Origin: a virus
Reading direction: 5' to 3' (one strand)
IMG/VR virus record: IMGVR_UViG_3300032287_004273
Location: 15,359-79,358 of that record
Length of the DNA stretch: 64,000 nucleotides
Shown in pieces: positions 41,075 to 48,924 of the stretch (within the stretch, counting starts at the first letter, position 1; each line of letters opens with the position of its first letter). The notes below the pieces were generated by a model. That model saw only the letters and a program-made list of their open reading frames with translations, ran no database searches and had not been told where the DNA came from. The position numbers and the translations under genes are program-made.

Positions 41075-41845
41075 TTACGCTTCAGCGCCTGCAAGCTCTT
41101 CAACGTCAATCAGTTGGGGCTCAATGATTGATGCGTGACCCGCAATCGAATCGAAGATTGATTGCATGACCATCGTGCGAGCGGGGAGCTTGGTCAGGTC
41201 GGAGCCTTTCAGGTTCTCCGTCACAGAGTTGTACAGGTTCCACAAGGTGGGCGTGTTGAACTCAGGGTGACGGGGAGCCTTGAACTCTTGCGTGACGGCG
41301 AACACATCGCGAGCGGGAAGCGCCTTAGCTTCAGCGAGTTGAACTGAAAGCTCGCACGCACGATCAAAACCGATTTCGGTGTTCTGATACCGATTGATTC
41401 GGGTTTCCATATCCGTCCAATGCGAGAGAAGGCGACCGATGCCCTCAGACAAAACGCGAGGAATGTCGCGAATGATGTTGACGGTGTGACGGCGAGCCAG
41501 CTTCACATCGCTGGAAAAGCACAGGTTCTCGCATACGATCATGCGGTTGCCAATGCACATACTAGCAGCGAATGACTTGTCGTGCGCGTTACGCAATCCC
41601 AAGACGAGCTTGCGCGAATCGCTATTGATATCGGGGCCAGTGATCTGGAACCCGCCGAAGTACCGTTGACCGAAACGGCCCAGAGCGTGCTTTTCTTCGG
41701 TGACGCTGTAGCCTGCGCGATCCAAAGCGGAAAGCGTTTCTTCCACAAGGAAGGAATGGCTGATTGGGGTGAAGCTGTCCGTGCCATCTGGGGTACGGAC
41801 GGTTGCGAGTTCTTCACGGGAGACGAGGTTCTTTGCAATGATCAT
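41075..41845 (-). CDS. DUF932-family protein
   Basis: PISH, LRNAHDKSFA, RMIVCENLCF, RRHT, TLWNLYNSVTE. Confidence 0.8.
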   Translation of the reverse strand: MIIAKNLVSREELATVRTPDGTDSFTPISHSFLVEETLSALDRAGYSVTEEKHALGRFGQRYFGGFQITGPDINSDSRKLVLGLRNAHDKSFAASMCIGNRMIVCENLCFSSDVKLARRHTVNIIRDIPRVLSEGIGRLLSHWTDMETRINRYQNTEIGFDRACELSVQLAEAKALPARDVFAVTQEFKAPRHPEFNTPTLWNLYNSVTENLKGSDLTKLPARTMVMQSIFDSIAGHASIIEPQLIDVEELAGAEA

Positions 41846-42066
41846 ATGTTTGATTAGGTTTAATGGTTAACTGACAGAAGAGAGTCTCTCACAGCTTGGG
41901 TTTTAGTGCAACGGATTTTTTTGATTTTGAGCATTTATTTTCACCTCAGAAACCATGCCAAGCGCAAATATTTTTGCGCTTGAGCGTAATAGTCTTGACA
42001 GCCCCAGGCCAGGGGTAGCCCTGGACCCCGCCTTTCGGCGGGGTCAAGTGCCTGTGCGTGCCGCAC

Positions 42067-42932
42067 TTACGCCAGATGCGCGATCTTAGCCTCCACAAGG
42101 CGAAGGCGCTCGCGTGCTTCGCGCACATGCGCGAGAGCGAAGTCGGCCACGCCGTTAAGGAGTTCTATGTCGGCCTCTGTGGTGAGACGAGCGACGTTGA
42201 TGTCGCGGACGCACTCGCGTAACACGCGAAGGCTCGCGGTCATGAGTGCTGCGGAGGAGGCGGGTTGTGGTGTGTTTAGTGTCATATTAGGTGTAGCAGA
42301 CAGGGTGGATATCATCCCTTAGTCCATTCCATTTTCTGTTCATCATAATGGAATGGGTGTGCATAACTCTTTTGAGCCTTTGCTTGGATTCTGTCTTGAC
42401 TTTCTTCAACTTGGAAAGTTCCATTTGCAGATAGGTAATCTCATCAATGCTGAGACTTTTTGCGGCTTCAATGATTTGTTTTTTATTCATATTAATTTAA
42501 TGCTTTGATAATGCTTGCGCTGGAGCCCCCTCTGCGAGAAGGAGAAACGCAGAGGGAGCTTGCGCATAGCGCAACAGGGGAAACAACAACCCTGTCCTAC
42601 CGAAAGACTCTTGTCAAATGATTATTGACACCGTTCTTGAAAAACTCATAGTCAACGCAGTCAACCGCATCCAACTTGTACCCACCGATATTCCATTCAA
42701 ACAAAACGTCTGGGCTGGATGGTACGCGCTTCCATGCGTAGATGGTGGCGACTGTATCATTGGGGAATCTTAAGCGCCATTCGATGTTAACTTTTTCGCT
42801 TTCATCGATTGGATTATTATGCTTGTCAGGCGCACCGAATACAGCAACCAATTGGTCGTATGTGCATGAGATGTAACCTTTGAGCGAGGTTCCGTTGATG
42901 AGTGGCGTTCTTCTAACTGCTGTAGTTGTCAT
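42067..42932 (-). CDS. cassette of three genes (42597-42932, 42287-42490, 42067-42285)
   Basis: TTGCAC/TATCTT promoter at 42967; 42597 has GTSLKG, KVNIEW, TIYAWK, WNIGG motifs. Confidence 0.65.
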
Positions 42933-43040
42933 GGATAGAAAGATAGCACAGGAAAGAGTGCGTGCAACTTATTTTTCAAAAATAATTACGCCCTTGGGCG
43001 TAATAGTGCTTGACAGATCCCCAGGGCTACCCCTGGGCGT

Positions 43041-43115
43041 TGGTGGACAGGATGAGACTCGAACTCATAACCAACGCCTTAAAAGGGCGCTGCTCTACCA
43101 TTGAGCTACCTGTCC
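43041..43115 (-). tRNA. tRNA-Lys(TTT)
   Basis: GGACAGG/CCTGTCC acceptor, CTTTTAA loop, CCA. Confidence 0.92.
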
Positions 43116-43183
43116 CTTTGTGCCAGAGCCTCCCCCGCACTCGCGGGGGAGGATGGATGACACAACACACCTAACCACAGAAA

Positions 43184-43972
43184 TTATCTTGCTGCTTCAA
43201 AGCAGTGAGCCGCATGGAGTTCCAGATGTTTGCGGATGTCTTTAATTTTTTGCTTGACCTCATCTCTTTGAGAGACTGCCATGTTCCAACTCTCATCGCC
43301 CTTTGGGTAGTAGTCTCGCTTGTGAAACTCAACCGCAAAAAACTTTTCAGAGAATTGTTCTAGCGCACGAAGCGCATCGAAGTACTGTCCACCTAGTGAT
43401 TTGCCATCGTTGCCATTCATGTGGATGAATGGAAAACAAACAGAAGGATTATCAAGCTGGACTTGTGATTGTGCTGTTTCGGAGATCATTGTTGCAAGTA
43501 TGTTTGGATTTTTTCTTTTAGTTCAATGAGGAAGTTTTCTTCCACGTTCAATTCGTATGAGAGCTTATCTCTTAAGTCTGCATCCGTCAAGCAATGTTTG
43601 CAGATTTCGAGGGCTTTGGTGATGTCTTCTGGTGTGAGCATGATATTAGTCCCAACGTTGTTCAATAAAATCTTTGACCCTCATTTCCTGTAAGACAAGA
43701 AATTTAAATTTTTGTTTTAGTTTTGAAGTGAGTTCAATTAGACCATCAGCATATATCTTCGCATCACACTTGTCAAGTTTAAAACGAAGATCATGACCGT
43801 CTTGACGAGAAAACAAAGAAAACGTATCTCGTATTGTTTCAACATTATCATCGTAATGATAGACTTCTGATCCAAATTCGCTTTGAAGTACGAATGCCCA
43901 AGATTCACAAAGGATGTCTAACAGGTCTGATGGACTGATTGGTTTTGATTCTGCTTTCAATGGGTTGTTCAT
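43184..43972 (-). CDS. cassette of three genes (43646-43972, 43486-43641, 43184-43489)
   Basis: TTGCGC promoter at 44007; middle 51-aa ORF not in track. Confidence 0.6.
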
Positions 43973-44108
43973 GTTTAGAACTCTATCATGGGTTTTGATT
44001 CGCGCAACATTTATTTATCAAAAAATTACGCACTTAGTGCGTAATAGTTCTTGACAGTCGAGCCAGGGGTAGCCCTGGCCCCAACCCTTTCAGGTTGAGG
44101 CGGTTATA

Positions 44109-44532
44109 CTACTCGACCTCCTCTTCTTCCTCTTCTTCCTCTTCGTCGAGCCCACCGAAGAGCGAGTCCCACTCTTCGGCGGTAATGCCCGACTTAATGA
44201 ACTCCCGCTCGTCGGGAGTTAAGTTAGGGAACGCATCTTGCAGCAGAGCGCCTGCTGCATAGAGGTCGAGCTGCGTTTGCGTGATGGGAAGATCAAGCGT
44301 GTTGACTTCCCCCGATACCCACGATGTGCGTGTGATGTTCATGTTTTTATTATTTGTTGCTGATTTGACGGACAGAAGAAACTGGTGGCCATTCGGGCGA
44401 TTCGCCGTTAAGAAGGGCGATTTGATATTCGCGCTCTTCGATCATGCACTCGATTGCGGTTTGCAACTGGCGCAAAGAGTCGAGGTCGCTGAAGTTTTGC
44501 TTAATCAATTCGATCAATGGGTTCGTTCTCAT
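44109..44532 (-). CDS. cassette of two genes (44350-44532; 44109-44342 with QDAFPNL.PDEREFI motif and poly-Glu tail)
   Basis: TTGTGC promoter at 44566. Confidence 0.65.
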
Positions 44533-44673
44533 GGAAGAATCATCTCACAATTCTGCTTTTGCACAACAAAAAAAGAGCAAAAAAATTTACGCTGCAAGCG
44601 TAATAGTTGTTGACAGCCAGCCCAGGGGTAGCCCTGGCCCCCAACCCATTCGGGTTGAGGGCTTTAGCTCTGT

Positions 44674-45155
44674 CTACTTGGCCAAGTCAAAGAATGGGCC
44701 ACTGAACTGGATTTGCCGTTCGTGCGCAAGTGCTTGCGCCCGTTCACGTTCCTCCTGATCAGCCACCTGCTGATTGAGGATATGCGCCTCTTGCAACATT
44801 GCGCTGCACTCATGCGCAAGCATGAAAAGCAATGTGTGTTGCTCGCAAGTGAGCGCGAGTGGGTCGAGCCCCGCAATCATTTTGCGGGACTCGATGAGGA
44901 CTGCGTTTTGCATAAGTTGAAGTGCGTCTTGCATAGGATGTATTATTCGCGTTCTTGGAGTTGTTTGATTCTGCCTGCAATATGTTCTTTGGCCTCTGGC
45001 ACAAAAGTTGCCATACCTATCAAAAAACCTTCGAGGTGGCCAACGATGCACGCATCGACAAGTTTCTCGCCATGCCTTTTCGCGATGTCCGCCTTGGTAG
45101 CGGCCATGAAGGTTTGCATAATCTGAACTGCGTCTGTGTAGTTGTTTCTTTCCAT
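44674..45155 (-). CDS. cassette of two genes (44943-45155, 44674-44934)
   Basis: Starts reassigned to ATGs downstream of the promoter at 45189. Confidence 0.6.
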
Positions 45156-45318
45156 GCCCAAACAATAGCATAAAAAGAAAGGGCTACAATACTCTTTTTT
45201 CATGCCAAGCGTGAAAAAAAGTTCATAAAAATTTTCACTTAATAGCGTAATAGTTCTTGACACCCAGCCCAGGGGTAGCCCTGGCTCCCAACCCTTTCGG
45301 GTTGAGGGGTTTACGGGT

Positions 45319-45576
45319 TTAGTTGTATGCCTTGAGCGGCCCTTGGCCCTCGCACTCAATGCGATGGCGCTCAGTCAAGCGCTCAACCGTTTCAATCGTG
45401 TGCCGCAAAGAGGCTTGGAACTTTGGGTCGCCTTCAAAATCAAACTGCAAGTCGCGCAATGCGTGCTCAAGCATCATGGCCTGAATCGTGGTGCGCGTCG
45501 AGAGCTTGTTGCGTGGGTTCACGCTAGAGTATGCGTGAATTTTGCTGATCAGATCAGAGACTTTGATGTTTTCCAT
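45319..45576 (-). CDS. hypothetical single-gene cassette
   Basis: TTGCGC/TATTGT promoter. Confidence 0.6.
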   Translation of the reverse strand: MENIKVSDLISKIHAYSSVNPRNKLSTRTTIQAMMLEHALRDLQFDFEGDPKFQASLRHTIETVERLTERHRIECEGQGPLKAYN

Positions 45577-45742
45577 GCTCAGACAATAGCAGAAAACAAA
45601 ATGTGCGCAACACTCTTTTTTCATGCCAAACTTCAAAAAAAGTTTACAAAAATTTTCACCCTATTTCATAATAGTTCTTGACGCCCAGTCCAGGGGTAGC
45701 CCTGGACCCCAACCCTTTCGGGTTGAGGTGTTTGCGCTTATG

Positions 45743-45985
45743 CTATTCTTCCATCATGCACTCGATGGCCGCTTTAATCTTTGCTAGTGAATCTGGGTCA
45801 TTATATCCTTGACGGATTTGCTGAATGATTCCTTCGCATGATTGCGTATTCTCGACGAACGTGCATAACTCCTTGAAGTCTGGGTCGCTTGGAAGCGACA
45901 GCGCCCAATTCAGACTCTGCTGAATTGCGCGAAGCGCGTTTAGATCCCTGTCTTCGTAAGTGTCGGTGGTAGGATAGTCGTACAT
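45743..45985 (-). CDS. hypothetical single-gene cassette
   Basis: TTGAAC/TATGAT promoter. Confidence 0.6.
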   Translation of the reverse strand: MYDYPTTDTYEDRDLNALRAIQQSLNWALSLPSDPDFKELCTFVENTQSCEGIIQQIRQGYNDPDSLAKIKAAIECMMEE

Positions 45986-46118
45986 AACTGAGAGAATCAT
46001 ATACAAGAAAGTGTGCGGTTCAACATAAAAATTTTGCTTTTGATGCTTAATAGTTCTTGACAGCGAGTCCAGGGGTAGCCCTGGCGGCTTGTCAAGTATT
46101 TTCTTTTGTTTTTCTCAC

Positions 46119-46146
46119 AAAAAAAGCCGCCCGAAGGCGGCTTTTT
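46119..46146. terminator. bidirectional terminator, same stem-loop repeated at 46639-46668
   Basis: A-tract GCCGCC-CGAA-GGCGGC T-tract (UUCG loop on the - strand). Confidence 0.85.
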
Positions 46147-46161
46147 GTGCTTGACGCGATT

Positions 46162-46479
46162 TTAGAAATCGCCCCCTTCGCACTCGTTCATCGACTCCCA
46201 ATGGGAGTCGAGGAAACTGTCCTCCCCACCGCCGTAGTCCTCATCCGTCCCCCACCCAGCGGACGCGAGCGCATCCGCATCCGCCTCGCCATCCGTCATG
46301 CCGTCCCCTTCGTCTTCGCCCAGATCCTGCGTGCAATCGTCCCCCTCCGCCTCGATCTGCTCCGAAGGATCGTAGTACTCCCCAATCGAGGGGCAGCACC
46401 CGCAGCAAGGCGCGTCCTCGCAGGGGAACTGCGCGTGCGTGTTTTCGTCGTCTGAACCTGAATTAGATGATGTAACCAT
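46162..46479 (-). CDS. extremely acidic Cys-cluster protein
   Basis: CEDAPCCGCC and DADALASAGWGTDEDYG motifs; no Lys/Arg. Confidence 0.7.
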   Translation of the reverse strand: MVTSSNSGSDDENTHAQFPCEDAPCCGCCPSIGEYYDPSEQIEAEGDDCTQDLGEDEGDGMTDGEADADALASAGWGTDEDYGGGEDSFLDSHWESMNECEGGDF

Positions 46480-46683
46480 GCGCCAAACATAACACATAAA
46501 AGCAAAAGGTCAAAAACTATTTGCGTGCCAAGCCTGAATTTAAATTCATAAAAATTTCTCACAAATAGCATAATAGTTGTTGACGCCCGACCCAGGGGTA
46601 GCCCTGGATCTTGTCAAGAGTTTTTTTTATTTTAGTGCAAAAAAAAAGCCGCCCGAAGGCGGCTTTTATGGCGGCTTTTATGC

Positions 46684-46938
46684 TTAGAGCGCCATTTGCC
46701 TTTCGTGCGCGAACGCTTGCGCCCATTCGCGAGCGTCCTCCTCCGCTTCCCCGAATTCGACGGAGGCGACATCCGCCTCCTGCGCGAAACGCGCCTCCTG
46801 CGCGTTCGCGCAGGCAAAGGACGCGATTTGATGGAGGAGCGCGATGTGCTCCTCCGTCAGGGATGCGCAATTGAGGTCGCGCACGCAGGCGCGAACGTGA
46901 ATGAGAACCGCTGTGAGATTGGACGATGTATTAACCAT
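46684..46938 (-). CDS. hypothetical single-gene cassette, paralog of 42067 and 44674
   Basis: VRACVRDLNCASLT, AQAFAHERQ. Confidence 0.65.
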   Translation of the reverse strand: MVNTSSNLTAVLIHVRACVRDLNCASLTEEHIALLHQIASFACANAQEARFAQEADVASVEFGEAEEDAREWAQAFAHERQMAL

Positions 46939-47069
46939 GCGGATACAGTACAAAAAGAATGCTGCGATTGGAAGGATTATTTGCAAAAAATTTCTCACTC
47001 TATGCACAATAGTTGTTGACAGGGTGGCCAGGGGTAGCCCTGGGGGCTGTCAAGCTTTTTTTGCTTTTT

Positions 47070-47279
47070 TTATGCTTGCACAACTTGCATGTTCTGTGGG
47101 CGCATTGAGTACTCCTTAGAGTACTCCTCATTCGTGAGTATCAGCGCGAAGCTGATATCGAAGCGACCACTTGCAAACAACTCAGCGCGAACGCTTTTTG
47201 CTTCGTCGCGAGTCTCGCAACGGATAGTTTCATGCCCGAAGTTTCCCGCCTTGTTTAAGCTAACGTATAATGTGAACAT
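47070..47279 (-). CDS. hypothetical single-gene cassette
   Basis: TTGCAA-17-TATAAT then ATG. Confidence 0.65.
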   Translation of the reverse strand: MFTLYVSLNKAGNFGHETIRCETRDEAKSVRAELFASGRFDISFALILTNEEYSKEYSMRPQNMQVVQA

Positions 47280-47546
47280 GCGATGATTATAGGGTAACAA
47301 ATGTGCGATTGCAAAAACTATTTTCGTGCCAAGTGTATTTTTAATTCTTAAAAAATTTCCTACAAATAGCTCAATAGTGCTTGACAGGGTGGCCAGGGGT
47401 CCCCCTGGAGTTTTTTGCCTAGTGAGTTTTTGCCGCCTCCTAGAGGTAGGCACTTCTTGCCTAGCGCCAGGGATCATGCACTTTCTGCATCATGCACTGG
47501 TCGCATGGCCATGCATGGGCCGCATCCCATGCATGGCGTGCATGGC

Positions 47547-47654
47547 CTACTTCTTGCTCGTGAAGTATTCTGCGCATTCTGCAACCAGCGCAACGATGGT
47601 TATGAATGTCATGGGGAATAGGACTAATGCAGATGCTGCAATGATGTCTTTCAT
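47547..47654 (-). CDS. 35-aa hydrophobic peptide
   Basis: MKDIIAASALVLFPMTFITIVALVAECAEYFTSKK, preceded by (AC)13. Confidence 0.4.
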   Translation of the reverse strand: MKDIIAASALVLFPMTFITIVALVAECAEYFTSKK

Positions 47655-47657
47655 GGG

Positions 47658-47683
47658 GTGTGTGTGTGTGTGTGTGTGTGTGT
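47658..47683. repeat. (GT)13 microsatellite
   Basis: Perfect dinucleotide run. Confidence 0.95.
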
Positions 47684-47719
47684 AGGTTGGGGGGCTCGCG
47701 CCCCCCTTGTGATTCTTGC

Positions 47720-48623
47720 TTAGGCGTTTGCGTATTCTCTAACTAACTTAAGACCATTCACTTCCAACGTGCGGATTTTGGCCGCACTAGTGAAGCTGCG
47801 CGTGCCCTTGGCCGTTGAGAGGATGTATTGCGTACCAGCACCGCACGCCTTGGACTCAACTAAGGTGCCTTCGAGCGTCTTGAATTGTCCGTTATCGTTT
47901 ACGCGATCGTTTGACGATGCGTGGTAGGTGACTTTGATGTTCGATCCGTTTGCGATTGTCAGGTTTGCCATATGTGAGAAGTATAGGGAATTGAGGTTGA
48001 GAAACAAGATTTATTTGTGTTTTTTTAGTCTTTTTTCAAGGAGTTGATCGTGTTTTCGACGTATCGCTTGACATCATTATCCCAATTGATCATCAACCCT
48101 AGCACTGAAGTTAAAAAGGCTTCGGTTGAGACTTGGATCAATGCTTCGTCGCCATTCACGCGCTTGCACACGCTTTGTTTGTATGTTGCGACAAGGGTTT
48201 CGGCGATTTGCTGTGAGGCTTCGTAAGTTGTAATCATGTGAGAAGTATAGGGAGTTGAGAGAGGGAAACAAGGTTTATTTGTGTTTTTATTTCACTTTTT
48301 TCTGCAAGCGCAAAGCACTAGGAGAGAGAGAGTTAGGATGCTCATCTGCAAGTAGGTGAATGAGAGAAGGTTAAAGAGGAGGGATCGAACCTCCTCAGGT
48401 TGAGCGCTTAGTGAATGTAATCATGAGCGGCTTCGCCGCATTCGTCTGAGGGAATACTTTCAAGCTCCTCAGGTGTGAGCGCAACGTATTCATCACCAAC
48501 CTTTTTCAAGGCTTTAATGATGAAAGCATCACAAAAGTCTGGGTAGTCACACATATCAATTCCATCCATCTCAATGTCGAAGCATTCGACTGCTTCGCCG
48601 TTAACCGTTAATTTCATATCCAT
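47720..48623 (-). CDS. three single-gene units (48408-48623 acidic DYPDFCDAF type, 48025-48237, 47720-47971)
   Basis: Each has its own promoter; those at 47973-48025 and 48238-48290 are near-identical (TTGTTT-17-TATACT-TCTCAC). Confidence 0.7.
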
Positions 48624-48924
48624 GTGAGAAGACTAAGCGAAGCGCTTTCGAATCGCAACATCTATTTCATTTTTTTTTATGGGGCTCCCACCCTTGCAAC
48701 TTGCATTTTGTGCATGCCGCGCATGCCCCCCCATTATTTGAAAAATGCACTGCGTGCATCCCGCGCCAGGCCAGGGGGGGCCATATTTTCAGTCCACCAC
48801 TCCAAAAACAACCATTCCAAACTATACCCCTCCCCCTTTTTTTAAAATCATTATAATCTCTCCCTATACAATCAATAACTAAACTCAAAAAAAATCGGAC
48901 GCCTCTATTCGTGTAACCTTTTAT

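Larger units (their letters stand above)
36535..47421. repeat. array of 15 palindromic elements CCAGGG-N4-CCCTGG separating gene cassettes
   Basis: Copies start at 36548, 37986, 39369, 40554, 41002, 42009, 43021, 44063, 44622, 45269, 45690, 46069, 46592, 47028, 47393; 14 are preceded by AATA(G)-N3/4-TTGAC. Confidence 0.95.

Noticed and set aside
37975-47386. TTGACA in the repeats as rightward sigma70 promoters
   Set aside because: The -10 position falls on CCTGG; no credible rightward genes follow.
36535-47421. CRISPR array or classical integron
   Set aside because: Spacers are 0.35-1.5 kb gene units with their own promoters; no cas or intI; no RYYYAAC/GTTRRRY attC ends.
37520-48845. + strand ORFs in the early region (e.g. 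38024-38380, 40394-40993, 46057-46455, 47326-47685)
   Set aside because: They overlap tRNAs, repeats or better-supported - strand genes; shadow frames of GC-richer DNA.
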